From a virus: a stretch of 64,000 nt of DNA. Under the pieces are notes generated by a model. The model made no database searches. It was not told where the DNA came from and saw only the letters and a list, made by a program, of their open reading frames with translations. The stretch is from IMG/VR virus record IMGVR_UViG_3300020473_000015; one strand, written 5' to 3'. A program made the translations under genes and the position numbers. Of this stretch, positions 50,401 through 58,356 are shown one piece after another (position 1 is the first letter of the stretch; the number at the start of each line of letters is the position of its first letter).

Positions 50401-51258
50401 GATATTCCCGTCTGGGGTTCATTAGAAACAACATTGGTTTGGGATAGTCCACCTATTTTTCCTGATGCGGTTTTCATTCCATTTTATGGAGAGAACGATA
50501 GGGTTTTAATAAATTGTAATTTTAATTCTGGTCAATATGAATTAACCCCCGTTGATTTAGAAACGGTAGAGTATTTGGGTGGCCGCGCCAAGGCAAGAAT
50601 AAGTCAGAAAAAATTAAATGGACCAATCACTTTTGCTAGTGATGATTTTTGCGGCGAGATTGAAATACTTAGAATCGATAAAAAGCCGAATTCCTACGAA
50701 GATTTCACACCAGTATCTGAAACTAAGATAGCATCTGTAGGTGGCGGGAAATCAAATTTTGGTTTTATTGATAATGCTTTGGTACCTAATAAAGATTATT
50801 ATTATATTGTTAGAGAAAAAGATGTACATGGTAATTATTCAAACCCTTCCCCAGTTTATTATGCTAGGATCGTCCACAAAGAGGCAGAAGCGCCTTACAC
50901 GATATTTAAAATGTATTTTATGGAAGAATTGCAGGATAAAAAGTTAACATCTACTAAAGAGTTTATGAAATATATTAAGATCAAGCCTTCATTAAAACAA
51001 AGGATTCTCAACGACGGAGAAATCACAGAGTATTCATATGTGAATCTTCTTGCACCGAATGACAATTTAAATGAAATGGTCGGTAAGCTCAATCTTGATA
51101 AAAATATATGGGGCCAAAAATTTAAATTTAGATTCACCAGTAAGAAGACAGGAAGAAAATTTGATTTGAACTTGACCGTAAAGGACATTAAAAAGATTGA
51201 AAAAGAAACAAAGCACGTTGCAGGTGAGCCTGATACATTTAGTTCAGGAAAATGTTAA
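47458..51258 (+). CDS. Large hypothetical virion protein with FN3/Ig-like C-terminal segments
   Basis: YVDTQVKNDKGYYYQVYA and FIDNALVPNKDYYYIVREKDVHGNYSNPS resemble FN3 strands. Confidence 0.7.
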   Translation: MAWYKDPVTGEVIEVNLFEKKYTDSGMPVQKSVQSQMLVVPFSVPYKTENPEKMLDWDSLYGVTPPPGKGSATWVAEKKGYDALWVDPDDKKTVWGSWMPWNIAQAKTFDVFFNAWTRPYVTLDSTMVHLWSSINMQANVVTPQQYNITKFSDDTEHKFTENVTDINADPFRALTHLGCLVEEAPKGSGYFHENAQYSSNRYRIDSQEDFKIHKSNSLFKSEIVDYEKQYKNRLKLRKNKVRFLGGPAGTTHPLYNPIFNRMWLGQDGSKWDSLNGNGSLKSIFFQSTNKPYLNKHSHLAFPLNYKGVSYKDSTFEIVKPSLERAYQSNVGEEMGLSTPVKVQAHYNYYLVPYEKAISDYQAKGEMQVRIPHEFKPYKDQTLIPIPEQLLPNIYALVYDQMSEEPYFRYGDQGSWIPPLALKNIEKENGSLKLKAGDDIQYGNHQFLVETLGQFLSVTTKKNNINETPVKNIPEYLNSWANMLGILNSDTPDKAATYGSHWAPAFDRFGHRAKSAAAQIMEKKYNVVGVSAYKLKDLNDEAEKLKKQFPFYVDIDIPMSNEGVVGQTLYESGLTDIFMQNCMAAYFTVYNKKDDDNKSYQEASETNWPIHPNIVQSFYKDIKVGIADSHANVCMIRKDMAPETQDGVLKIAGQQHTMFNETLLQLWLNPLLESKHLLDLDQAPAVDIDKNNDGDKNFLAEAYSGLPPHLYEWINYFTASDYVKQIIKLKGHSGAGSGQWYHGGNKLNILKPVIFGKKAVASNAQSIVKWHHAKKTINKFINDRVRSVDDIFRGKKAYSEVLFYEVVKYASIGVSETKTSNQWGNKPINHPVPQQIGYVPDWSVGHGQPIDHSQNVTSENVNPPDGGPSKPAGQQGWIQSFFVPNVPGMDIAKYVDTQVKNDKGYYYQVYAHTFVIGTKYQNTNWYGDCNWDNNDKEPFFDLMMEYDYKPDVQLFRVPFYNTIATSNNSTVPTKDPNQTYNIDIPVWGSLETTLVWDSPPIFPDAVFIPFYGENDRVLINCNFNSGQYELTPVDLETVEYLGGRAKARISQKKLNGPITFASDDFCGEIEILRIDKKPNSYEDFTPVSETKIASVGGGKSNFGFIDNALVPNKDYYYIVREKDVHGNYSNPSPVYYARIVHKEAEAPYTIFKMYFMEELQDKKLTSTKEFMKYIKIKPSLKQRILNDGEITEYSYVNLLAPNDNLNEMVGKLNLDKNIWGQKFKFRFTSKKTGRKFDLNLTVKDIKKIEKETKHVAGEPDTFSSGKC

Positions 51259-51287
51259 TGAAAGAATTGAAAAACAACAAAAAGCAA

Positions 51288-51294
51288 CTATTTA
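51288..51294 (+). promoter_or_regulatory. Candidate late-promoter motif CTATTTA
   Basis: Intergenic; starts 29 nt before ATG 51317, upstream of the AAGGAG SD. Confidence 0.5.
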
Positions 51295-51316
51295 ATTAAG
51301 ATAAAGGAGTATTATT

Positions 51317-52303
51317 ATGGCGTACTTGGATAATAGTGGTGATATTATATTAGATGCAGTACTAACAGATGCAGGAAGAAAGAGGCTAGCGGAAGGCGAT
51401 GGATCCTTTAGGATTACAAAATATGCTTTTGGGGATGATGAAATTGACTATTCAAACTATAATGCTTCACATTCTTCAGGAAGTGCTTATTACGACTTAG
51501 AAATTCTTCAGACACCGGTACTTGAAGCATTTACAAATAATACTGCTAACATGAAATCTAAATTAGTTACTTTAACTAATAATAATATTCTTTATATGCC
51601 AGTCATCAAACTTAATCAACAAATGAACTTTTGTCAATGGAATAGTAACGTTGGCTCAGGCTCATTTGTTGTAACAGTCGATAAAACCACAACAGTTACA
51701 TTTGGCAACAGTGAATTAGGAACATATATTCCTGGAGACGAACCAAGTAAGGCATTCGGGGCTCAAACTGACATTACTCAAATTCGCGTAGACCAGGGTC
51801 TAGACACTCTGGAAATATCCGATGCATATAAAATCGATGCAGAATTGGCAGAAAATCAGTATATAGTTGAGCTAGACAATCGCTTTGGTTCTCTTTGCAC
51901 AGCCGATTCAAATGTGATGCCAAAAAGCAAGACTGTTCCTGGAAAACCAGCAGCGTTTTCTTTTATAGATGATGACAACATTGCTAGCTATTACTTATCA
52001 ACAAGTGATTTTGTTGAAGTTACGGATGCCACACCGGTTGATGCTGATGGCAAAACTGTCGCTGGAAACAAGTTAGATTCCGTCATTCAGGGTCCGCATG
52101 GCACGCATTGTGCATTTAGAATTAAAGCATCTACAAACTTAAGAACGAGCACATATTTGTTTGAAAGGCTCGGAGGGACGTTTAGTGCGACCACTTCAGA
52201 TGGCGCCAAAACGTTTTATTATCTTGACACAATTGTGAGGGTGACTGGCGCAACAACGGGTTATAAGATTGATATACCGGTACGCTTTGTGAAACAACAG
52301 TAA
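51317..52303 (+). CDS. Virion structural protein; N-terminus resembles the tail-collar fibre (DUF3751) N-half
   Basis: ILDAVLTDAGRKRLA..ITKYAFGDD; strong SD. Confidence 0.65.
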   Translation: MAYLDNSGDIILDAVLTDAGRKRLAEGDGSFRITKYAFGDDEIDYSNYNASHSSGSAYYDLEILQTPVLEAFTNNTANMKSKLVTLTNNNILYMPVIKLNQQMNFCQWNSNVGSGSFVVTVDKTTTVTFGNSELGTYIPGDEPSKAFGAQTDITQIRVDQGLDTLEISDAYKIDAELAENQYIVELDNRFGSLCTADSNVMPKSKTVPGKPAAFSFIDDDNIASYYLSTSDFVEVTDATPVDADGKTVAGNKLDSVIQGPHGTHCAFRIKASTNLRTSTYLFERLGGTFSATTSDGAKTFYYLDTIVRVTGATTGYKIDIPVRFVKQQ

Positions 52304-52322
52304 AAAAGGAAGGTAACAAAAT

Positions 52323-53426
52323 ATGGCAACCACATATAAAACATTTTTGAACAACGACATAGCAACGACTAGAACGCTACTTCACGAGGCAATTCCAATT
52401 ACTGGAACGATTGTTTCTGGTACATATAGTGATAATAATATTAAAACATATGGCCATGGAATGTTTCAGTCGGTTTATGACTATCCATATCTAAGTTCTT
52501 CCGCAAATCATATTTTTGATATTACTGTTGGTATTGCTGCTTCTTCTTCTGATGGAGCAGGCTCACATTGGGGAGAATCTGATTTTGCCACAACCGCACA
52601 GTATTCTAAAAAGAGAAATATATATGATCAGATGGCACAAGTTTTAATTCCTTACGATATTAGTGGTAATGTTAGACCCTTTGATCAAAATGGAAATTTA
52701 AATGAAGCTGGTGACGATTCATATCCATCAAAATGGTATGAAACTATTTTTGTTAACTTTTCTAGACTTCTCACTAAAGATGAAATTAAGAAAGGTACAT
52801 TCTCAATGACATTTTTGACTGGTGGTACCACGGCATCACCAGCTAGTGCCTCTACTTTATCTGACTATGGAGCAGATAGTAGCTTTTTACCAAACTCCCC
52901 TACTGGAGAATATGGTTTATTATACACTGGCTCTGGAGATGCAGGAGATACCTCGAAAGCAGTTGGTCACATTTATTATCAAGCCGGTATTGCAGTAATT
53001 AGCCCATACATTTTTACTGCGGACCCCTTAAATGCTGCTGCCGGTGGCGATGCGACTTTTGGTATTCCTGGCACCTCAGATACCGTTTTTCATGTTTTAA
53101 CCGCTTCTACTGTTGATACATTTGCAAACGGAGTCAGAAACAGATTACAAAACATTGAATTCAACAACACTACAGAATTAAATTCAACAATCTATTTCTG
53201 TCGAGCAAACACTGGAGACTATAACTATTCTGCCAATCCAACATATTTATCTGCTAGCAAGATCAGAGTTAAAGGAGATAATCCTTTCGCGCAACCAGTA
53301 TCTTATATGACAACTATTGGTCTTTATTCACCAAACAATGAGTTATTAGCAGTGGCTAAGTTATCAGAACCACTTAAGAAAACTCCAAGTAATGAGTTGA
53401 CTTTGCGTGTAAGGTTAGATTACTAA
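52323..53426 (+). CDS. Virion structural protein; C-terminus resembles the tail-collar fibre C-half
   Basis: IKKGTF..GHIYYQAG domain; C-terminal TTIGLYSPNNELLAVAKLSEPLKK. Confidence 0.65.
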   Translation: MATTYKTFLNNDIATTRTLLHEAIPITGTIVSGTYSDNNIKTYGHGMFQSVYDYPYLSSSANHIFDITVGIAASSSDGAGSHWGESDFATTAQYSKKRNIYDQMAQVLIPYDISGNVRPFDQNGNLNEAGDDSYPSKWYETIFVNFSRLLTKDEIKKGTFSMTFLTGGTTASPASASTLSDYGADSSFLPNSPTGEYGLLYTGSGDAGDTSKAVGHIYYQAGIAVISPYIFTADPLNAAAGGDATFGIPGTSDTVFHVLTASTVDTFANGVRNRLQNIEFNNTTELNSTIYFCRANTGDYNYSANPTYLSASKIRVKGDNPFAQPVSYMTTIGLYSPNNELLAVAKLSEPLKKTPSNELTLRVRLDY

Positions 53427-53430
53427 TGTT

Positions 53431-54645
53431 ATGCCATATTATAAGTTTGAAGACAAAGACATACTTCGCAACACTTTAAAGGCACACCCTAGATATGTTT
53501 TCGATATTATAAGTGGAAGCATATATTTAAATTCCTTAAGTGCAATAAGTGGTGCCCACAACAATAATGTCACCATGGTCCCTACTGGGCATCTAAGTTT
53601 ATATGAATTAAATATTGACAGAAAATCTAGTGATCATACATATGATCCTGATACTGGTGGTGGTGTTAAAGCTCTCATATATCCATTTACTACGAAAGAC
53701 GGCAGCTTAAACTCTATGGGCACAGTTACTGATGCGACGTTCAACACTTCCTACGAATATGGAGATATTATAACCGGCTCTTACCCTATGTCTGCTAGCA
53801 TTACTAGAGAAAGGTTTGCTTCAGGGGCAGGCACTTCAAAGCCTCATGTCACTGCTCTTAAAAATGTTTTAAACCATTATACTTATTTGAGTGAACATTA
53901 TGCTTTCTCTTCTTCTCACGGCGACAAAAACTCCCAGGAGAGTAACCTTATAAGCATTCCATCAATTTTCTTTGATAGCGGAATTAAGCCTGGATCTGTA
54001 AATCTAGAATTTTATATTTCTGGATCTCGTGTTGCTCAATTAACAGATAAAAATAAAAATGGAGAGCTAATTCAAACAGATGGGGACTCATATGCACAAA
54101 CCAATGGATCAGATTCTGTTGCGGGTGTAGTATTATATAATGAGGGTTTTGTTTTGTTAACTGGCAGCTGGAATCTAACACCAGCTTCATATAATTTTAC
54201 TTATGCAACCCGTCAAGCAAGATGGTGCGATTTTGGTGCAGGTGCAAATGATAGCGGGGATAGCAATTTGGCACCATCTGCAAGCTTTAGAATGGAATTT
54301 AAGGGCACAAATGAAGTTACCACACTAGACATGCATATGATTGCACCAAAAGGACTATTAAACCATTCTAGCAATCCGACTTACAGACTATATAACAGTT
54401 CTTCTGTATTGCCAATCTACACATATAATAGCTCTTCATATTCTGAAAATTCAGATATACCAATAAAAAACACCATTAGCGGCTCTATATGTAATCATTC
54501 TTCTTCCTTTAAAAAACAAACATTTATTAGTACAATAGGTATATTCGATGATCAAAAAAAATTAATTGGTACTGTTAAGTTGGCTACACCTGTCAAAAAA
54601 ACCGAAAATCGAGCGTTCACATTTAAAGTAAAATTGGATATTTAA
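53431..54645 (+). CDS. Virion structural protein, paralog of 52323..53426
   Basis: IKPGSV..GVVLYNEG domain; C-terminal STIGIFDDQKKLIGTVKLATPVKK. Confidence 0.65.
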   Translation: MPYYKFEDKDILRNTLKAHPRYVFDIISGSIYLNSLSAISGAHNNNVTMVPTGHLSLYELNIDRKSSDHTYDPDTGGGVKALIYPFTTKDGSLNSMGTVTDATFNTSYEYGDIITGSYPMSASITRERFASGAGTSKPHVTALKNVLNHYTYLSEHYAFSSSHGDKNSQESNLISIPSIFFDSGIKPGSVNLEFYISGSRVAQLTDKNKNGELIQTDGDSYAQTNGSDSVAGVVLYNEGFVLLTGSWNLTPASYNFTYATRQARWCDFGAGANDSGDSNLAPSASFRMEFKGTNEVTTLDMHMIAPKGLLNHSSNPTYRLYNSSSVLPIYTYNSSSYSENSDIPIKNTISGSICNHSSSFKKQTFISTIGIFDDQKKLIGTVKLATPVKKTENRAFTFKVKLDI

Positions 54646-54651
54646 TAAAAA

Positions 54652-55173
54652 ATGATATTAGCATTAGACGTTTCAACCAGCATTACTGGTTATACAATAT
54701 TGGATTATGAGGGAAAGCTCATCCGTTGCGCCGCATGGGACATGCGAAACAAGAAAAAGTTTACTGACCATTTCAGCAAAGCTCAACACATAAAAGATGA
54801 AATTTTATCAATAAAGGCTCAGATACCAATTGAACATGTTTGCGTTGAACAGCCATTTATGTTTTTTAATTCTGGAGGTTCTTCAGCAAAAACAATGGCA
54901 GCACTTCAGAGATTTAATGGTATAATTTCTTGGATCTGTTGCGAGGCATTTGGCTCTCCACCAAGCTATCTTACTGCAGGGGAAGCAAGAAAATTGTGTG
55001 GAATAAAAGTGCCAAGAGGCGAAAAAGCTAAAAAAGTTATTATGCAGTGGGTACTTGACAACGAGAGTGATTTTAATGTAGAATACACTGCAAAGGGAAA
55101 TCCAAAGCCACATTTTTTTGATATGGCCGATTCTCTGGTTTTGGCTCGTGCAGCCCTCGCAAAAATTTCTTGA
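54652..55173 (+). CDS. RuvC-like Holliday junction resolvase
   Basis: ILALDVSTSITGY (catalytic D), VCVEQP (E), DMADS (D..D). Confidence 0.8.
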   Translation: MILALDVSTSITGYTILDYEGKLIRCAAWDMRNKKKFTDHFSKAQHIKDEILSIKAQIPIEHVCVEQPFMFFNSGGSSAKTMAALQRFNGIISWICCEAFGSPPSYLTAGEARKLCGIKVPRGEKAKKVIMQWVLDNESDFNVEYTAKGNPKPHFFDMADSLVLARAALAKIS

Positions 55174-55198
55174 CTATTTAAATTATCTATGTTAAGGT
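55170..55198 (+). promoter_or_regulatory. Sigma70-like promoter TTGACT-N17-TAAGGT with extended TG
   Basis: -35 at 55170-55175, TG at 55190-55191, -10 at 55193-55198; predicted +1 near GTG 55205. Confidence 0.5.
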
Positions 55199-55204
55199 TG
55201 TTGA

Positions 55205-56137
55205 GTGGATTCTGAGAAGATAGAAATATTAGAAGAGGTTTTAGGGAGCTTTTATCGTTCAAACGATGAGTGCTTATTCACTTGCCCTTTCTGCAATCAT
55301 CACAAAAAGAAGTTATCTGTCAATGTATCTAAAAATTCTTACAAATGTTGGGTATGTGACTCAAGCGGTAGGAACCTATATTATTTAATAAGAAAATTTG
55401 GCAACTACAACCATAGGAAAGTGTGGAATAGTTTTTCTGAGAGCGTAGATATATCAGAATTTGATAATCTTTTTGATACGATAGAAGTCAAAGAACACAG
55501 TCAGAGAATCAACCTTCCAAATGAATTTGTATGCTTGGCTAATAAATCTCTACCCTCTTCAGCTAAAGAAGCATTAAACTACCTTAAAGAACGTGGAGTT
55601 AATAGTTATGATATACTTAGATGGAAAATTGGATATTGTGAAACGGGCGAATATAGAAATAGAATTATTATACCCTCTTTTAATATGGATGGATATTGCA
55701 ATTATTTTATTGCTAGAACTTATAAGCAGGATTGGTTAAAATATAAAAACCCTCCAGCATCAAAAGATATTGTTTTTAATGAATTGTCAATTAATTGGAA
55801 TAAACCAGTAACTTTAGTAGAAGGTGTTTTTGACGCATTAAATGCTGAAAATTCTATACCTTTATTGGGGTCCACTTTGAATACCCGCTCTAAGCTCTTT
55901 AGAGCCATTCTGACGCACTCTACGAAAGTTTTCATAGCATTAGACCAAGATGCTGAAAAGAAGGCTTTAAACATAGTTAACGCGCTTAATTCATATGGTA
56001 TTGATGTTTATAAAATAGATACTTCAAATTGTGAAGATGTTGGTAGTATGACAAAAGAAGATTTCGAAAGCAGAAGAAAAGATGCAATGTTGTTTGATGA
56101 ATCAACTCTCTTAATACAAAAAATATTACAAATCTAA
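55205..56137 (+). CDS. DNA primase (zinc-binding + TOPRIM)
   Basis: CPFCNHHKK..YKCWVCD zinc finger; YLKERG, RIIIP, KYKNP, LVEGVFDA, ALDQDA TOPRIM motifs. Confidence 0.92.
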   Translation: MDSEKIEILEEVLGSFYRSNDECLFTCPFCNHHKKKLSVNVSKNSYKCWVCDSSGRNLYYLIRKFGNYNHRKVWNSFSESVDISEFDNLFDTIEVKEHSQRINLPNEFVCLANKSLPSSAKEALNYLKERGVNSYDILRWKIGYCETGEYRNRIIIPSFNMDGYCNYFIARTYKQDWLKYKNPPASKDIVFNELSINWNKPVTLVEGVFDALNAENSIPLLGSTLNTRSKLFRAILTHSTKVFIALDQDAEKKALNIVNALNSYGIDVYKIDTSNCEDVGSMTKEDFESRRKDAMLFDESTLLIQKILQI

Positions 56138-56140
56138 TTA
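56134..56140 (+). promoter_or_regulatory. Candidate late-promoter motif CTAATTA before kamA
   Basis: Starts 29 nt before ATG 56163. It overlaps the primase stop codon, so it could be coincidental. Confidence 0.35.
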
Positions 56141-56162
56141 AAATAAAAAGTAGGATAAAGTA

Positions 56163-57458
56163 ATGAATTTTATAAAAAAAGAATTTTGGAAAGCCATCCC
56201 AATATGGAAAGATGTTGATTATAATACTTTTGTTAGTACGAAGTGGCAGGAAAAAAATGCAGTATCAAGCTTTAAGAAATTAATTAAAATAGTTTCTGAT
56301 GTCGCTGACCCTTCTTTTCTTAAAGACGCACAGGAAGGATTTAATAATGCACCGATGGCAGTTCGCATTTCTCCATATCTTCTATCTTTGATGAACTGGG
56401 AAGATCCCATCAATTGTCCTATTCGACGACAATTTTTGCCCATGGCGTCACAACTTCTACCAGACCATCCTATGTTAAAGTTTGATAGTCTGGGAGAACA
56501 ACAAGACGCACCAATAACTGGTTTGACTCACCGTTATCCTGATAAAGTTTTATTTTTAGCATTAGATACATGTCCGGTTTATTGCCGATTCTGTACACGA
56601 AGTTATGCTGTAGGTAGCAAAACAGCTACTACCGAAAAAGTTTCTATAACAGTTTCTCAGAATAGATGGGAAGAAGTGTTTCAATATCTTAAAGATAACA
56701 AAGAGATAGAAGACGTTGTTATATCTGGTGGTGATAGTTACCGACTCAAAGCAGAACAAATAACAAAAATTGGAGAAACGTTACTTTCTATTGACCACAT
56801 TAGGAGATTTAGATTTGCGACTAAAGGCTTATCTGTAATGCCTATGAAGGTTTTTGATGATATTAGGTGGACTGATGCTATTACAAAAATATCTGATAAG
56901 GCTAGAAAACAGCACAAAGAAGTTTGTATTCATACGCACTTCAACCACACCAGTGAATTAACCTCAATCACTAAAGAAGCAATGGATTTACTATATGAAA
57001 GAGGAATCAAAGTCCGCAATCAAACTGTTTTTCAAAATAAAGTTAATGACACCCCCGAACAAATGATTAAGCTTGTTAAAAAAATGAGTTATATAAATGT
57101 CCAGCCGTATTATGTGTATGTGCACGATTTGGTTAAAGGCACTGAAGATATGAGAACCTCAGTGCAAACTGCAATGAAGGTGGAAAAGCACACACGCGGA
57201 GTGACAGCAGGGTTTAATACTCCGCTGTTTGTGGTCGATGCACCAGGAGGCGGTGGTAAAAGAGATGTACATTCATGTGAATGGTATGATTCTTATACTG
57301 GTATCAGTGTGTGGGAAGCTCCCAGCGTTAAGCCTGATCAGCAGTTTTTATATTTTGATCCTCTCCACTCTTTAGAGCCAGAAATGCAGCAGATTTGGAA
57401 AAATGAGGGACTGCGCAAGAGAATGATTGAGTCTGCTCTGGAGTATAAATATTTTTAA
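56163..57458 (+). CDS. kamA: KamA-family radical SAM aminomutase (lysine 2,3-aminomutase-like)
   Basis: THRYPDKVLF, TCPVYCRFCTR (CxxxCxxC), VVISGGD, THFNH, NQTV, QPYYVYVHD, VDAPGGGGK (PLP lysine). Confidence 0.93.
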   Translation: MNFIKKEFWKAIPIWKDVDYNTFVSTKWQEKNAVSSFKKLIKIVSDVADPSFLKDAQEGFNNAPMAVRISPYLLSLMNWEDPINCPIRRQFLPMASQLLPDHPMLKFDSLGEQQDAPITGLTHRYPDKVLFLALDTCPVYCRFCTRSYAVGSKTATTEKVSITVSQNRWEEVFQYLKDNKEIEDVVISGGDSYRLKAEQITKIGETLLSIDHIRRFRFATKGLSVMPMKVFDDIRWTDAITKISDKARKQHKEVCIHTHFNHTSELTSITKEAMDLLYERGIKVRNQTVFQNKVNDTPEQMIKLVKKMSYINVQPYYVYVHDLVKGTEDMRTSVQTAMKVEKHTRGVTAGFNTPLFVVDAPGGGGKRDVHSCEWYDSYTGISVWEAPSVKPDQQFLYFDPLHSLEPEMQQIWKNEGLRKRMIESALEYKYF

Positions 57459-57466
57459 AAAACTCC

Positions 57467-57494
57467 TTGACAAATACATTAATTGTAATATATT
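57467..57494 (+). promoter_or_regulatory. Sigma70-like promoter TTGACA-N16-TATATT for hsp20
   Basis: Perfect -35 at 57467-57472 and -10 at 57489-57494; predicted +1 near 57501, where the leader hairpin begins. Confidence 0.6.
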
Positions 57495-57500
57495 TACAAC

Positions 57501-57563
57501 AAGTTGAATATTGCCTTTGGGATGTTCAACTTTTACTTGCTTATATAAGGAGAAAATATTATG
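57501..57563 (+). ncRNA. ROSE-like RNA thermometer in the hsp20 5' UTR (two hairpins)
   Basis: Hairpin 1: AAGUUGAAUAU..AUGUUCAACUU (57501-57532). Hairpin 2: UUUUACUUGCUU-AUAU-AAGGAGAAAA (57531-57556), in which UUGCU pairs with the SD AGGA leaving a bulged G. Confidence 0.75.
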
Positions 57564-57998
57564 ACAAATACAGCAATTACTATTCATCGCCCCAGCCTTT
57601 TGGGGAGAAACGTCTTCGATGACGTTTTTGATAACTTTTTTACAGACTTTCCAAGATACTTAAAACAATCAACTCAAGGATATCCTGTTGTGGATATCTA
57701 TAGAGAAGACAACGGAGATACAGTAATGGAATTTGCCTTGGCTGGTTTTACTAAAAATGATCTTTCTATAGATGTACAGCCAGATAAACGATCCATTACG
57801 GTTGCTGCAGATTCTGGTATTGAAGGGGGTGAAGAATCTAGCCGAAGAATCGCACGCCGAAGTTTTAAGAAGACGTATGTCAACTATGATGACAACTTGG
57901 ATCTCACTAAAATAAGTGCGAAATTTGAAAATGGTTTACTGTGTATTACGGTACCGCAAAGACCGGAAGCAAAACCAGTTTCAATTAAAATTAGTTAA
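57561..57998 (+). CDS. hsp20: Small heat shock protein (Hsp20/alpha-crystallin)
   Basis: YPVVDI, MEFALAGF, GIARRSF-like RIARRSFKKTY, AKFENGLLCITVP. Confidence 0.95.
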   Translation: MTNTAITIHRPSLLGRNVFDDVFDNFFTDFPRYLKQSTQGYPVVDIYREDNGDTVMEFALAGFTKNDLSIDVQPDKRSITVAADSGIEGGEESSRRIARRSFKKTYVNYDDNLDLTKISAKFENGLLCITVPQRPEAKPVSIKIS

Positions 57999-58005
57999 TT
58001 TTGTT

Positions 58006-58034
58006 TGGCGGGTAGATTTTCTACCCGCCATTGT
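58006..58034 (+). terminator. Intrinsic terminator-like hairpin after hsp20
   Basis: Perfect 11-bp stem TGGCGGGTAGA-TTT-TCTACCCGCCA (58006-58030). The following U-tract (TTGT) is weak. Confidence 0.7.
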
Positions 58035-58044
58035 AAAAAAACCC

Positions 58045-58073
58045 TTGACAATTAAAATTATACCTGTTATTAT
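58045..58073 (+). promoter_or_regulatory. Strong sigma70-like promoter TTGACA-N17-TATTAT with extended TG
   Basis: -35 at 58045-58050, TG at 58065-58066, -10 at 58068-58073, immediately after the terminator. Confidence 0.75.
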
Positions 58074-58082
58074 CTTACCTGT

Positions 58083-58355
58083 ATGTTTACCAAACCTTTA
58101 ATGAAAATAATCTATAATCCTAAACCTCCTTTTAAAAAAGGAGATGTGATTGATTGTTATGATGAAATGTTGGGAAGAACAATTACTGGATACATTATTA
58201 ATGTTGTGCGTGCTAGCGATGGCATATATGACTTAGTGATTCGCTGGAACGATTTATTTGTTGCAGTGGAGAAATGTAGCGTACCAGAGGCCAAAAAAAG
58301 AATCAAAATGAAACTATGGAGATTTAGGCCGACCTTAGACTATAAAGCGAGATAA
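58083..58355 (+). CDS. Hypothetical protein (possible SH3/KOW-like barrel)
   Basis: FKKGDVI..TGYIINV pattern; lies directly after the promoter. Confidence 0.6.
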   Translation: MFTKPLMKIIYNPKPPFKKGDVIDCYDEMLGRTITGYIINVVRASDGIYDLVIRWNDLFVAVEKCSVPEAKKRIKMKLWRFRPTLDYKAR

Positions 58356-58356
58356 A

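Noticed and set aside
16481-54645. Bacterial extracellular contractile injection system (eCIS/tailocin) interpretation
   Set aside because: Flanked by primase, resolvase, gp46/47-like nuclease, phage sigma, hsp20 and holin-like genes in a one-strand, gap-free phage layout; no bacterial core genes.
56163-57458. Calling kamA specifically epmB (EF-P modification)
   Set aside because: The protein is longer than typical EpmB, with a C-terminal extension, and no efp or epmA neighbour is present; substrate left unassigned.
57501-57532. CIRCE/HrcA operator upstream of hsp20
   Set aside because: The inverted repeat does not match TTAGCACTC-N9-GAGTGCTAA; it is better explained as the first hairpin of the ROSE leader, though a protein operator is not excluded.
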